A DNA stretch of 64,000 bases from Candidatus Marinacidobacterales bacterium (GTDB lineage: Bacteria; Acidobacteriota; Vicinamibacteria; Marinacidobacterales; DATDRI01). Shown one piece after another: positions 17,443-27,589 of this stretch (within the stretch, counting starts at the first letter, position 1; each line of letters starts with the position of its first letter). Below the pieces are notes generated by a model, which had not been told where the DNA came from, did not search any database, and worked only from the letters and a program-made list of their open reading frames with translations. The position numbers were made by a program, and so were the translations under genes. The stretch is taken from contig OZ245365.1 of the NCBI GenBank assembly GCA_965226495.1, forward strand, positions 384,001 to 448,000. Reading direction: 5' to 3'.

Positions 17443-18789
17443 TTGCCTCAGGAGGTTGCCCTCGAGAAGGCACTTCCGCACAGCCTAGAGGCGGAACGGA
17501 CCGTCCTGGGCGCCATCCTCATAGATAACGAGAGCTTCCACAACGCGTCCGAGATCCTCCGACAAGACGACTTCTATCGGCAAGCCCACCAGCGGATCTA
17601 TGCCCGCATGGAGGCCCTCTCCGTGCGCGGACAGGGGATCGATCTCGTTACCCTCAAAGAAGAGCTGTCTCGAGCGGGGGAGCTGGAGTCGTCAGGCGGC
17701 GTTGCATACCTGACGTCATTGGTGGACGGCGTACCTCGCGCGACCAACGTTCCCTATTACTCAAAAATCGTCAAAGAAAAATCCGTCCTGCGGAGCCTCA
17801 TCAGCTCCGCGAACCGCATCATCCAATCTTGTTTCGATGAGCCCGAGGACACCTCCACGGTTCTCGATCAAGCGGAGCGGTCTATTTTCGAGATCGCCGA
17901 GGGGGCGATCCAGACCGGTTTCGAGCCGGTAGGCGAGATCGTTCGCGGTACCTTCAAGTCTATCGACGAGCTGTCCGAACGTCGGGACATGGTCACTGGT
18001 GTCCCCACCGGTTTCGTGGAGTTCGAAGAACTGACATCCGGCCTTCAGCCGTCCGATCTCATCATCGTGGCCGCGAGGCCGGCCATGGGAAAGACCAGCT
18101 TCTGCCTGAACATCGCCCAGCACGCCGGACTCACTGGGTCACATACGGTCGGTGTCTTCAGCTTGGAGATGTCCAAAGAGCAGCTGGTGATGAGGATGCT
18201 TTGCTCCGAAGCAAGAGTCGATATGCATCGGCTACGCTCGGGGTTCGTTTCCGAAAAGGACTGGGCGAAGCTCATCCAAGCGGTTTCCCGACTCTCCTCA
18301 GCACGTATCTTCATCGACGATTCCGCCTCTTTGAGTGTGCTCGAGATGCGGGCCAAGGCGCGGCGACTCAAGCTCGAGCATGGTCTGGATCTCTTGATCG
18401 TCGACTACCTTCAGCTCATGCAAGGGCGAGGGCGGTTCGAAAACCGCACCCAGGAGATCAGTGGTATCAGCCGGGCACTCAAGGGCTTGGCGAAAGAGTT
18501 GAACATCCCGGTTGTAGCTCTCTCGCAACTCTCCCGTGCCCCCGAGAGCCGAGGAGATCACCGCCCACAGCTTTCGGACTTACGGGAATCGGGGGCGCTC
18601 GAGCAAGACGCCGACGTTGTCGTGTTTATTTACCGAGAGGAGACGTACGACTCGACTCCGGAGAACAAGGGGTTGGCCGAGCTCATCCTCAGTAAGCAGA
18701 GAAACGGGCCGACGGGCACGATCCGGGTCGCCTTCATCAAAGAGTACACTCGGTTCGAGAACTTGGAGTGGCGACAAGACCCCATCTGA
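17443..18789 (+). CDS. dnaB: Replicative DNA helicase
   Basis: PHSLEAE..VLG, AARPAMGKT, FSLEM, VDYLQL, LSQLSR, SDLRESGALEQDAD, KQRNGPTG; no intein. Confidence 0.98.
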   Translation: MPQEVALEKALPHSLEAERTVLGAILIDNESFHNASEILRQDDFYRQAHQRIYARMEALSVRGQGIDLVTLKEELSRAGELESSGGVAYLTSLVDGVPRATNVPYYSKIVKEKSVLRSLISSANRIIQSCFDEPEDTSTVLDQAERSIFEIAEGAIQTGFEPVGEIVRGTFKSIDELSERRDMVTGVPTGFVEFEELTSGLQPSDLIIVAARPAMGKTSFCLNIAQHAGLTGSHTVGVFSLEMSKEQLVMRMLCSEARVDMHRLRSGFVSEKDWAKLIQAVSRLSSARIFIDDSASLSVLEMRAKARRLKLEHGLDLLIVDYLQLMQGRGRFENRTQEISGISRALKGLAKELNIPVVALSQLSRAPESRGDHRPQLSDLRESGALEQDADVVVFIYREETYDSTPENKGLAELILSKQRNGPTGTIRVAFIKEYTRFENLEWRQDPI

Positions 18790-18849
18790 GCCACGGCCTT
18801 ATCTCCAACTTCCCCGTACATTCCGGTACATTTTTAGTCTGGCCCTTTC

Positions 18850-18873
18850 GGGGCGGCATCGCCCCTCTTTTTT
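18850..18873 (+). terminator. Probable intrinsic terminator after dnaB
   Basis: ggggcg-gcat-cgcccc followed by tctttttt. Confidence 0.65.
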
Positions 18874-18944
18874 CGTCATACCCCATTGGGCGTGTCATCG
18901 CCTCGGTCTGGCCTCGATGCGCCGGCCGTGTCGGGACCGGCGCG

Positions 18945-18953
18945 TGTTATAAT
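18945..18953 (+). promoter_or_regulatory. Extended -10 promoter upstream of radA
   Basis: TGTTATAAT. Confidence 0.55.
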
Positions 18954-19035
18954 CACTCGCTACTGGGCGCATTCAACACGTCTCAAGGCGAGAGCCATAT
19001 CGAATTGTTCTCTATCAGGTGCTTACGAGGAGTGT

Positions 19036-19059
19036 CCGCCTTCGCTGAAGCTTCGGCGG
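19036..19059. repeat. Short REP-like palindrome
   Basis: ccgccttcgctgaagcttcggcgg in the radA leader. Confidence 0.55.
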
Positions 19060-19115
19060 GAGCGCGCAATGAGGCACTAATGTTGACATCCGCTTTCTAA
19101 GATGACGTTCTAAAT

Positions 19116-20495
19116 ATGGCCAAGCTCAAGACTGCTTTTGTTTGCCAGGAGTGTGGGGTGAGCTCCGCCAAGTGGCTAGGTCGTTGCCCGGACTGCTCAG
19201 CGTGGAATAGCTTCGTCGAGGAGCACGAGACACCCCAGCAATCGGACTCTCGGCTCAAGAGCCTATCGGCCGGCGGTGGTCCTCGTCCCTACCTAGAAGT
19301 GAGCCCGGACGCAGCATCGCGGCTCGCTACCGGTATCGAAGAGTTCGACCGAGTGCTCGGCGGTGGAGTGGTCGCCGGATCCTTGGTCCTCTTGGGAGGC
19401 GATCCGGGCATCGGCAAGTCCACGCTATTACTGCAGGTTGCTTCGTGCCTCGCGGCCTCCACTCCCGGGCAGCGCCCGGTCCTCTATATCAGTGGCGAGG
19501 AGTCGGAGCAGCAGATCAAGCTTCGTGGGGAGCGGCTCGGTGTTAAGGCCGAATCTCTCCTCCTTTTCAGCGAGACCAATCTGGACCGCATCATCTCGGA
19601 GCTCAAGCACCATAAGCCGTCGCTGGTCGTTTTGGATTCGGTCCAAACGGTCTACTCTCCGAGATTCTCGTCCCCGCCAGGGAGTGTGAGCCAGGTCAGG
19701 GAAGCGGCTGCCGAGTTCCTCTACTTTGCAAAGTCCACCGGCACGCCGGTTTTTTTGATCGGGCATGTCACGAAAGATGGGAGTTTGGCGGGTCCTAAGG
19801 CTCTGGAGCACATCGTCGACACCGTGCTCTACTTCGAGGGCGAGCGTCACTATTCTCACCGACTCGTCCGAGCGACCAAGAACCGCTATGGTGCGACGGG
19901 TGAGTTGGGAGTCTTCGAGATGACCGGCTCCGGTTTGGAGCCGGTCGAAAATCCCTCAGGGCTATTCCTCTCCGAGCGTCCCGAAAAAGCGCCTGGGTCG
20001 GTGGTGGTGTGCAGCCTGGAGGGAACGCGGCCGCTGCTGGTCGAGATTCAGGCTTTGGTTTCTCGCTCTAGTTTCGGGTATCCGCGTCGCGTGACGCTTG
20101 GGATCGATACCAATCGAGTGGCATTGCTTCTGGCAGTGCTAGAGAAGAGAGTCGGACTGCAACTTTCCGCGGAAGACGTGTACGTGAATGTCGCCGGCGG
20201 GCTAGTTGTGGGCGAACCGGTGGCCGACTTAGGACTGGTGGCGGCAGTCGCATCCAGCTTCAAGGGGCTCCCGGTCGACTCACAAACCGTTCTACTGGGA
20301 GAAGTGGGGTTGGCCGGAGAGGTAAGGGCCGCACAGCAGGTACCAGTAAGAGTCAAAGAGGCGGCACGTTTAGGGTTCAACAAAATCATACTTCCGACTG
20401 GCAACTTACCCTTACCGGACGAGACGGGCGCTGATCTCGACATCGAGCTCGTTGGAGTCCGGAACGTCGGTGAGGCTTTGGAGCTGGTTTTCTAG
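19116..20495 (+). CDS. radA: DNA repair protein RadA/Sms
   Basis: CQECG..KWLGRCPDC zinc finger, GGDPGIGKST, KNRYG, Lon-like C-terminal domain. Confidence 0.98.
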   Translation: MAKLKTAFVCQECGVSSAKWLGRCPDCSAWNSFVEEHETPQQSDSRLKSLSAGGGPRPYLEVSPDAASRLATGIEEFDRVLGGGVVAGSLVLLGGDPGIGKSTLLLQVASCLAASTPGQRPVLYISGEESEQQIKLRGERLGVKAESLLLFSETNLDRIISELKHHKPSLVVLDSVQTVYSPRFSSPPGSVSQVREAAAEFLYFAKSTGTPVFLIGHVTKDGSLAGPKALEHIVDTVLYFEGERHYSHRLVRATKNRYGATGELGVFEMTGSGLEPVENPSGLFLSERPEKAPGSVVVCSLEGTRPLLVEIQALVSRSSFGYPRRVTLGIDTNRVALLLAVLEKRVGLQLSAEDVYVNVAGGLVVGEPVADLGLVAAVASSFKGLPVDSQTVLLGEVGLAGEVRAAQQVPVRVKEAARLGFNKIILPTGNLPLPDETGADLDIELVGVRNVGEALELVF

Positions 20496-20528
20496 TGGGT
20501 GAGTCGAAGTCAGTCGGTGAGCGAGAGA

Positions 20529-21554
20529 ATGGATATGTCCATATTCATAATTAGAGCCATTTTATTAGCTGCAATCATATATACGTCTACCGTCTACGCC
20601 CCCCTACCTTGGGGGCAACTTGCCAATGCGGTGCTCGGAGCTTTGTTGGGTGCCGCGATCATTTCCCTCGAGCTTCGGATTCGAACCGTTCCCGCGCCTC
20701 AAGTGGCGGGCGGCTTCATCGGGGCAGTCCTCGGAGTCATCCTGGCGCTGTTGGTGGGCATCCCTTTGGCCAAAATTCCGATGGGCGACAGCGCCCAAGC
20801 GTTCTGGCAATCTTTGGTGTTGCTCTTTCTAGCCTACTTGGGATTGCTCCTGGGCTTGAAGAAGGCCGAGTGGTTCGATCCGCTGTCGTTGGTGGCCCAC
20901 TTCCGAGGTGAAACCACTACGACGGTCCGCAATTTCAAGGTCCTCGACACCAGCGTAATTATCGACGGGCGGGTGGCCGATATCTGCGAGACCGGGTTCA
21001 TGGACGGCACGATGGTGATCCCGCAGTTCGTGCTCAAGGAGCTCCAACAGGTCGCTGATTCCGCCGATTCGCTCAAGAGAAACCGCGGTCGCCGGGGGCT
21101 GGACATATTGCAGAAGATTCGCAAAATGAGTGGGCTCGACGTCCATATTTCGGAGGTCGACTTTCCAGATGTCAAAGAAGTCGACCTCAAGCTCATCGAG
21201 CTGGCCAAAGTTGAAAACGCAAAGATCGTGACCAACGATTTCAACCTCAATAAAGTCGCGCAGCTGCAGGGGGTCCAGGTGCTCAACATCAACGAGCTCG
21301 CGAACGCACTGAAGCCAGTGGTACTTCCCGGCGAGTTCATGCGCGTGTTCATCTTGAAGGAAGGCAAGGAGTACAACCAGGGTGTCGCATACTTAGATGA
21401 TGGGACCATGGTGGTGGTCGATAACGCTCGCCAGCTCATCGGAAAAAACGTGGACGTTACCGTGACCAGTGTGCTTCAAACTACCGCGGGCAAGATGATC
21501 TTCGGGAAGGCCATCGATTCCCACAGTTCCGCGGCGGCGGGCGACAAAGGGTAA
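20529..21554 (+). CDS. Membrane-anchored PIN/TRAM domain protein (YacL-like)
   Basis: N-terminal TM helices; [54 protein letters not shown]. Start uncertain (20499, 20529 or 20535). Confidence 0.93.
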   Translation: MDMSIFIIRAILLAAIIYTSTVYAPLPWGQLANAVLGALLGAAIISLELRIRTVPAPQVAGGFIGAVLGVILALLVGIPLAKIPMGDSAQAFWQSLVLLFLAYLGLLLGLKKAEWFDPLSLVAHFRGETTTTVRNFKVLDTSVIIDGRVADICETGFMDGTMVIPQFVLKELQQVADSADSLKRNRGRRGLDILQKIRKMSGLDVHISEVDFPDVKEVDLKLIELAKVENAKIVTNDFNLNKVAQLQGVQVLNINELANALKPVVLPGEFMRVFILKEGKEYNQGVAYLDDGTMVVVDNARQLIGKNVDVTVTSVLQTTAGKMIFGKAIDSHSSAAAGDKG

Positions 21555-21578
21555 AGAGAGTTAAGCACAGTCCCGGCC

Positions 21579-22304
21579 ATGCTGGCCACGCTCCGAACCG
21601 TTCTGATCTCGATTCCCTTGGTGAGCCTCTACACCATCGTGTGTGGAGCGATCTCGATTCTCCTGGGGATGATCTTCCGAAGTGGAGACCCTTCGCATTG
21701 GCTGGCTCGTACCTGGTCGAGGCTCATCTTGGCGACTTGCGGAGTCCGAGTTTCTCTGAGTGGGCTCGAGAACTTGGAAAAGGATCAACACTACATTTTC
21801 GCTGCTAATCATCAGAGCATCTACGACATTCCGATCCTCTTTGCCTGGCTCCCGTTCTCGTTTCGTATCTTGCACAAAGAGTCACTCAATCGTGTACCGT
21901 TCATGGGCTGGCACCTGTACTTCTGTGGCCATATTTCGGTCGATCGTTCCAATCCGGTGCGTGCGCGCCAGAGTCTCGAGCGAGCAGCGAAACAGATCCA
22001 ACAAGGTACTTCGGTGCTAATTTTCCCTGAGGGAACCCGCAATGAGAACGGCTCTATCGGTCGTTTCAAACAGGGGTCGTTCTTGCTCGCTATCAAAGCG
22101 GGTGTGCCAGTGGTGCCGATCACGATTTCCGAGAGCTGGCGGATCATGAAGAGGGGCGAGGTCACGGTACACCCGGGCACGGTCAAGGTTCATGTGGAAC
22201 GACCCATCTCGGTCAAAGAGCTTGAAGAAGACGCGGCTGTCGCGCTTGCGAAACAAGTACGAGAAGTTGTCCTTAATAACTACGAGTCACCAACTTCTCA
22301 CTAG
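21579..22304 (+). CDS. plsC: 1-acyl-sn-glycerol-3-phosphate acyltransferase
   Basis: NHQSIYD (HX4D motif), IFPEGTR, FKQG. Confidence 0.92.
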   Translation: MLATLRTVLISIPLVSLYTIVCGAISILLGMIFRSGDPSHWLARTWSRLILATCGVRVSLSGLENLEKDQHYIFAANHQSIYDIPILFAWLPFSFRILHKESLNRVPFMGWHLYFCGHISVDRSNPVRARQSLERAAKQIQQGTSVLIFPEGTRNENGSIGRFKQGSFLLAIKAGVPVVPITISESWRIMKRGEVTVHPGTVKVHVERPISVKELEEDAAVALAKQVREVVLNNYESPTSH

Positions 22305-22305
22305 C

Positions 22306-22977
22306 ATGCACATTCACGTATCCGAAGAGCTCGCGAACCGGCTCAAGCTCGCCACCGCCCAATTCTCCGACGTCGACCTCTCCCGCGCCCGGTCCGAGCT
22401 GGAGGCGGAGCTCGACCGCGTGTGCACGAGACTCCGCGAGCAGTTCACCGGAGCGAGCTGGCTCGAAATCCCCGGCGTGGCGGAGACCCGGGCGCTCTAC
22501 AAAGCGATCGGACTCGACCCAACCAAAGTCAGGCCTTCGTCGGAGGCATTGCTCCGTCGTGTTCTCAAAGGGCAAGCACTCTATAAGGTGAACCTGCTAG
22601 TGGACACGGTGAACCTTTGTTCGCTCGAGTTTCAGCTCTCGTATGGCGTCTACGATTCCAAGACCCTGTCGTTACCGATTGAGGCTCGCCTCGGTCGATC
22701 AGGCGAGAGCTATCCGGGAATCCGCAAGGGGCCGGTGCACCTCGACGGACGGATCTGTTTAGCTGATCAAGAAGGACCGTTCGGTAACCCCACGTCGGAC
22801 TCCTTGCGATCGGCCATTTCCGAGATCACAAGGGAGACACTGATCGTCATATTTGCGCCCCATGGAATGAAGAGGGCCGACTTGGACAAACGGCTAGAGC
22901 AGACGATTGAGCGAGTCTCCCGGTTCACGGGTGCACGGCCTGCAAAATCTGTCGAGTCGGGAGAGTCGGGAGAGTAA
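22306..22977 (+). CDS. Stand-alone B3/B4 (PheT editing-like) domain protein
   Basis: GLDPTKVRPSSEALLRR, VN.LVD.VNLCSL, D.EGPFGNPTSDS. Start set at ATG 22306. Confidence 0.88.
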   Translation: MHIHVSEELANRLKLATAQFSDVDLSRARSELEAELDRVCTRLREQFTGASWLEIPGVAETRALYKAIGLDPTKVRPSSEALLRRVLKGQALYKVNLLVDTVNLCSLEFQLSYGVYDSKTLSLPIEARLGRSGESYPGIRKGPVHLDGRICLADQEGPFGNPTSDSLRSAISEITRETLIVIFAPHGMKRADLDKRLEQTIERVSRFTGARPAKSVESGESGE

Positions 22978-22979
22978 TC

Positions 22980-23696
22980 ATGGGGAGCGGCGATACCGTA
23001 ACCACCGTAGCGATTGTCGCGGCGGGTGGTTCCGGCACCCGCCTGAATGCGTCCCAGCCAAAGCAGTTTCTGGAGTTGGCCGGAAAACCTTTGCTTGCGC
23101 ATACCGTGGCTCGTTTCATGAGATCGTCGGTCGTCGACAGAATCGTTGTCGTGCTTCCCAGCAAAGGATTCGATCGGTACGAGGGGCTCATGGCTCCATG
23201 GTTCAAAGACGGAGCGCCCCTGGATATGGTTCCCGGCGGTGAGTCCAGGCAGGACTCGGTATGGAAAGGCCTCTCTACTCTGGAAGCTTCCTTTGAAGGA
23301 TGGATCGTGGTTCATGATGGCGCACGCCCCTTGGTGACGGAAGAAGTCATTCGCGACGTGGTCGAAGCCGGAAAACAGTTCGGGGGAGCCTTGGCAGGCC
23401 TTCCCGTCGAAGAAACGTTGAAAGAAGTAAACGCCGAAGCGGCGGTGCTAGGAACTATCGATCGGAGTCGTTACTATCGCGCTCAAACACCGCAGTGCTT
23501 TCGTCACCGGATCTTGCGAGAGGCGTTGGAGCGAGCGCGGGCGGACGGTTTCTTGGGCACGGATGAGGCACAGTTGGTCGAGCGAATCGGCGCGAAGGTC
23601 CATATGGTGCCGGGCTCGGTCAAGAACCTAAAGGTCACGACACGAGAGCACCTAGCGCTCGCGGAATACTACTTGAAGCTTGAGGAGCGGTCATGA
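22980..23696 (+). CDS. ispD: 2-C-methyl-D-erythritol 4-phosphate cytidylyltransferase
   Basis: AAGGSGTRL, KQFL, GGESRQDSV, VHDGARP, AQTPQ, TDEA, NLKVTT. Confidence 0.96.
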   Translation: MGSGDTVTTVAIVAAGGSGTRLNASQPKQFLELAGKPLLAHTVARFMRSSVVDRIVVVLPSKGFDRYEGLMAPWFKDGAPLDMVPGGESRQDSVWKGLSTLEASFEGWIVVHDGARPLVTEEVIRDVVEAGKQFGGALAGLPVEETLKEVNAEAAVLGTIDRSRYYRAQTPQCFRHRILREALERARADGFLGTDEAQLVERIGAKVHMVPGSVKNLKVTTREHLALAEYYLKLEERS

Positions 23697-24190
23697 CGTT
23701 ACCTGCCTTCCGTATTGGCTTAGGGATGGACGCCCATCGGCTCGCTGCGAACCGGACGCTGGTTCTAGGCGGGGTCGAGATTCCGTGCGGCCACGGCCTG
23801 GTAGGCCATTCGGATGGTGATGTTCTTCTGCACGCGCTCGCGGATGCGCTTCTCGGCGCGGTCGCGGCCCCGGACCTCGGATCGCTGTTTCCTTCCAGCG
23901 ACCCGCGTTGGCAATCAGCGTCGAGCCGTCTGTTCGTGGAGAAGGGGGTCCAGATCGTGGAGGACAAGGGCTACCGTGTCGTCCAGGTCGACGCGGTGAT
24001 CGTCGCGGAGAAGCCCCATCTGTCGGAGCATTTCGACGCCATGCGCGGGGCAGTGGCGGATATGCTGGGTATTCCAATGGACGCGGTCGGAATCAAAGCC
24101 AAAACATCGGATGGGATGGGTTTCACCGGCCGCCAGGAGGGCATCTTCGCCCAGGCGATCGTGATGGCGCAGCGAAAGGAGCCGTCTTGA
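23693..24190 (+). CDS. ispF: 2-C-methyl-D-erythritol 2,4-cyclodiphosphate synthase
   Basis: RIGLGMDAH, LGGV, GHSDGDVLLHA..DALLGA, DLG..FP. Confidence 0.96.
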   Translation: MTLPAFRIGLGMDAHRLAANRTLVLGGVEIPCGHGLVGHSDGDVLLHALADALLGAVAAPDLGSLFPSSDPRWQSASSRLFVEKGVQIVEDKGYRVVQVDAVIVAEKPHLSEHFDAMRGAVADMLGIPMDAVGIKAKTSDGMGFTGRQEGIFAQAIVMAQRKEPS

Positions 24191-24933
24191 CCACCCTGAC
24201 CGGAATTCATGCTGTGCGAGAAGCCCTCCGGGGCTCCCCGGAGAGGGTTCGCAAGGTGGTCATCTCGGAAGGTCGCTTGGATGTCCGCGCCCAGGAGATC
24301 CTCGAGCTGGCGCGGGCCGCAGGAGTACCCGTTTACCGCGAGCACCCTGGCGTTCTCAAGAACTTGGCGTCCGGCGGCCACCATCAGGGCGTCGTGGCGG
24401 AAATGGCGGCTCTGCGGTGGTGGAACCTCGACGAGGTGCTAGCTGGGGTTCCCGAACCGGCACTTTTGCTGGCACTCGATCGACTCGAGGATCCGCGCAA
24501 TCTCGGTGCGGTGGCACGAACCGCCGACGGGGCAGGCGTCTTCGGGATTCTGGTTCCTGAAAGGGGAAGCGCTCCCCCTTCTGGGGTCGCCGTCGCGGCC
24601 TCCGCCGGTGCGCTCCTCCATACACGGCTAGCCAGGGTGACCAATCTGACGAGTGCGCTGAAAAAACTGAAAGAAAAAGGCATATGGGTGGTAGGCTTGG
24701 CTCCCGACGGAGCCATGCCCTGGTATCAGTTCGACTACACTGTGCCATTGGCTCTGGTATTGGGTTCCGAGGGGAGAGGGCTTCGGCCGCTGGTTTCGAA
24801 GACATGCGACCAGTTGGTTTCCCTACCCCAGCGGGGAAGCGTTGGCTCGCTCAACCTGTCGGTGGCAGCCGGGGTGGTTCTTTACGAGGCCCTTCGTCAA
24901 AGAATGGTTGGCGGGCCCGGGCCGGCCCGCTAG
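24187..24933 (+). CDS. rlmB: 23S rRNA (Gm2251) 2'-O-methyltransferase
   Basis: GIHAVREAL, HQGVVA, DPRNLGAV.RT, GSEGRG, SLNLSVA. TTG start overlaps the ispF stop. Confidence 0.93.
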   Translation: MTTLTGIHAVREALRGSPERVRKVVISEGRLDVRAQEILELARAAGVPVYREHPGVLKNLASGGHHQGVVAEMAALRWWNLDEVLAGVPEPALLLALDRLEDPRNLGAVARTADGAGVFGILVPERGSAPPSGVAVAASAGALLHTRLARVTNLTSALKKLKEKGIWVVGLAPDGAMPWYQFDYTVPLALVLGSEGRGLRPLVSKTCDQLVSLPQRGSVGSLNLSVAAGVVLYEALRQRMVGGPGPAR

Positions 24934-24970
24934 AGTAGCGCAAAAATGCCCGGCAGGCGTACTTTCCCTA

Positions 24971-24999
24971 TTGCAGCACCGTGAACTGTGTGCTACACT
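24971..24999 (+). promoter_or_regulatory. Promoter of the tRNA-tuf operon
   Basis: TTGCAG, 17-nt spacer, TACACT with TG extension; 13 nt upstream of tRNA-Thr. Confidence 0.65.
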
Positions 25000-25012
25000 C
25001 GCTAGTTTGCAA

Positions 25013-25087
25013 GCTGGCGTAGCTCAGTGGTAGAGCAGCTGATTTGTAATCAGCGGGTCGGGGGTTCAAATCCCTTCGCCAGCTCCA
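25013..25087 (+). tRNA. tRNA-Thr(TGT)
   Basis: gctggcg...cgccagc-t-cca; anticodon arm gctga-ttTGTaa-tcagc. Confidence 0.96.
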
Positions 25088-25168
25088 GCTCGAGGCCTTA
25101 TTAAAGTGAAAATCCCCGACCCAACAGTATTAGCCCAAGGCCCGATTCACTCGCTACAGGGAACAGGC

Positions 25169-25255
25169 GGAGAGGTAGCGAAGCGGTCAAACGCTGCAGA
25201 CTGTAAATCTGCCGGCCTTAGGCCTTCGGAGGTTCGAATCCTCCCCTCTCCACCA
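25169..25255 (+). tRNA. tRNA-Tyr(GTA)
   Basis: ggagagg...cctctcc-a-cca; gcaga-ctGTAaa-tctgc; long variable arm. Confidence 0.96.
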
Positions 25256-25351
25256 GAACCTCCCGCCGGTGAGATTGGCGAGGATGGCGAGGATACCGAG
25301 ATTCGCCGAGATTGGCGAGGCCGGCGAAGGACCGGTGGATGGTGCCATCGT

Positions 25352-25427
25352 GCGGGAGTAGCTCAGTTGGTAGAGCATCAGCCTTCCAAGCTGAGGGTCG
25401 CGGGTCCGAATCCCGTCTCCCGCTCCA
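25352..25427 (+). tRNA. tRNA-Gly(TCC)
   Basis: gcgggag...ctcccgc-t-cca; tcagc-ctTCCaa-gctga; T-loop reads TCCGAAT. Confidence 0.94.
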
Positions 25428-25600
25428 TTGTCGAAGACTTCGGGCAAGGGCTGAGCCTGCTATTGGAAAGTTCGAACTGAAGTCTATTGATTTGAGGAAG
25501 CCGCTGAAACTGGCTGGCGAGGTCGTTTTCGGTGCATCCCACTGCAGAGTCCAGGGAATCTGGCTTCGAGTCGCAGAGGAATTGGAAGCAAGGAAATCGG

Positions 25601-25675
<75 letters not shown>

Positions 25676-25845
25676 CAACGTTTTCATAGATTGACGCTAT
25701 ATAAGGTTGCCGGGCATGTGTGGGGCTAAGGTGCCTTCCAGGCTCTGCTGGACGCCAAACCGTCGAGTTGCTGCTTTCAACGGAGCCAGGCATCGGTCCG
25801 CAAAGTGAAAAACACTCATCAAACCGTACTCATTGGAGAATAGCC

Positions 25846-27045
25846 ATGGCGAAGGAGAAATTTGATCGAAGTAAGCCGCATGTAAACGTGGGGACGATTG
25901 GGCATGTGGACCACGGTAAGACGACGTTGACGGCGGCGATAACGAAGGTCCTGCATAGCAAGGACGACAAAGTGTCGTTCCGGAGCTTCGACTCGATCGA
26001 CAACGCTCCTGAAGAGCGAGAGCGAGGGATCACGATCGCGACGGCGCACGTGGAGTACACGACGGATAACCGTCACTACGCGCACGTGGACTGCCCGGGC
26101 CATGCGGACTATGTGAAGAACATGATTACGGGAGCGGCTCAGATGGACGGAGCGATCCTGGTGGTGTCGGCGGCTGACGGGCCAATGCCGCAGACGCGGG
26201 AGCACATATTGTTGGCGCGTCAGGTAGGAGTGCCCTTCATCGTGGTGTTTTTGAACAAGACGGATGCGGTGGACGATCCGGAGCTGTTGGACTTAGTGGA
26301 GCTCGAGGTCCGGGAGTTATTGACGCAATACGAATTCCCTGGAGACGACATTCCGATCATACGTGGAAGTGCACTAAAGGCGTTGGAGGGAAGCGGAGAG
26401 CCAGGGGCGGAAGAGAGCAAGTCGATCATGGAACTGATGGCGGCTCTGGACGATTACGTGCCGCTGCCGGAGCGAGACATCGACAAGCCGTTCCTGATGC
26501 CGATCGAGGACGTGTTCTCGATTTCTGGTCGTGGGACGGTGGTGACGGGTCGTGTGGACCGTGGCAAGGTGAAGGTGAGTGAAGAGATCGAGATCGTCGG
26601 CATCCAGGAGACGCGCAAGCGTGTAGTGACGGGAGTGGAGATGTTCAAGAAGCTCCTGGACGAAGGGATGGCGGGGGACAACATAGGTGTTTTGCTTCGC
26701 GGGACGGAGAAGGACGAAGTGGAGAGAGGTATGGTGCTGGCCAAGCCTGGCTCGATCAAGCCGCACACGAAGTTTAAAGGAGCGGTCTACGTTCTGACGA
26801 AGGAAGAGGGAGGACGTCACACGCCGTTTTTCACGGGATATCGTCCGCAGTTCTATTTTCGTACGACGGACGTGACGGGAGTGGCGTCGTTGTCGAGTGG
26901 AGTGGAGATGGTGATGCCGGGCGACAACACGGACCTAGAGATTGAGATGATCACCCCCATCGCCATGGAGAAGGGACTGCGTTTCGCGATTCGCGAGGGC
27001 GGTCGTACGGTGGGTGCCGGCACCATCACCGATATCGTCGAGTAA
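25846..27045 (+). CDS. tuf: Elongation factor Tu (copy 1)
   Basis: [36 protein letters not shown]. Confidence 0.99.
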   Translation: MAKEKFDRSKPHVNVGTIGHVDHGKTTLTAAITKVLHSKDDKVSFRSFDSIDNAPEERERGITIATAHVEYTTDNRHYAHVDCPGHADYVKNMITGAAQMDGAILVVSAADGPMPQTREHILLARQVGVPFIVVFLNKTDAVDDPELLDLVELEVRELLTQYEFPGDDIPIIRGSALKALEGSGEPGAEESKSIMELMAALDDYVPLPERDIDKPFLMPIEDVFSISGRGTVVTGRVDRGKVKVSEEIEIVGIQETRKRVVTGVEMFKKLLDEGMAGDNIGVLLRGTEKDEVERGMVLAKPGSIKPHTKFKGAVYVLTKEEGGRHTPFFTGYRPQFYFRTTDVTGVASLSSGVEMVMPGDNTDLEIEMITPIAMEKGLRFAIREGGRTVGAGTITDIVE

Positions 27046-27061
27046 TGGAGTAGGCGAAGAA

Positions 27062-27214
27062 ATGGCACGGGATATCGTGACTCTAGCTTGTGGCGAGTGC
27101 AAGAGGCGGAACTACTCGACTACCCGGAACAAGAAGAAGACTACCGAACGCTTGGAATTCAAGAAATACTGTCGCTTCTGCCGGTTACATACAGCGCATC
27201 GGGAAACGAAGTAG
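27062..27214 (+). CDS. rpmG: 50S ribosomal protein L33 (Zn-binding form)
   Basis: [18 protein letters not shown]...[17 protein letters not shown]. Confidence 0.97.
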   Translation: MARDIVTLACGECKRRNYSTTRNKKKTTERLEFKKYCRFCRLHTAHRETK

Positions 27215-27253
27215 GTGGGGAGGCGGCCTGGTATCCCTGTACGGGAAAGCCAT

Positions 27254-27329
27254 AGGCCAGTAGCTCAATTGGTAGAGCACCGGTCTCCAAAACCGGGGGC
27301 TGGGGGTTCGAGTCCCTCCTGGCCTGCCA
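27254..27329 (+). tRNA. tRNA-Trp(CCA)
   Basis: aggccag...ctggcct-g-cca; ccggt-ctCCAaa-accgg. Confidence 0.96.
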
Positions 27330-27348
27330 CTCGAAGGGGCAACACGCG

Positions 27349-27567
27349 TTGAGTAAGATCGGAGATTATTTCACCCGGGTGCGGACGTTCGTCTCCGAAG
27401 TTCGTAACGAGTTCAAGAAGGTCACGTGGCCGCCCCGGAAGGAAGTCTACGGGACCACCCTGGTGGTTTGTTTGACGGTATTTTTCTTCGGCTTTTATCT
27501 GTACGGGTTGGACCTGATGATGTCATACGCTGCAGCGGCGCTAACCCGATTGGTGGGAGCTCAGTAA
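27349..27567 (+). CDS. secE: Preprotein translocase subunit SecE
   Basis: EFKKVTWP motif plus a single TM helix. Confidence 0.95.
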   Translation: MSKIGDYFTRVRTFVSEVRNEFKKVTWPPRKEVYGTTLVVCLTVFFFGFYLYGLDLMMSYAAAALTRLVGAQ

Positions 27568-27589
27568 TTTCGTGAGGACCGAAACCGTA

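Noticed and set aside
18790-19115. LexA box or small gene upstream of radA
   Set aside because: No clear GTTC-N7-GTTC or other SOS box. ORFs 18768-19100 and 18886-19080 cross the terminator and promoter and lack protein-like features.
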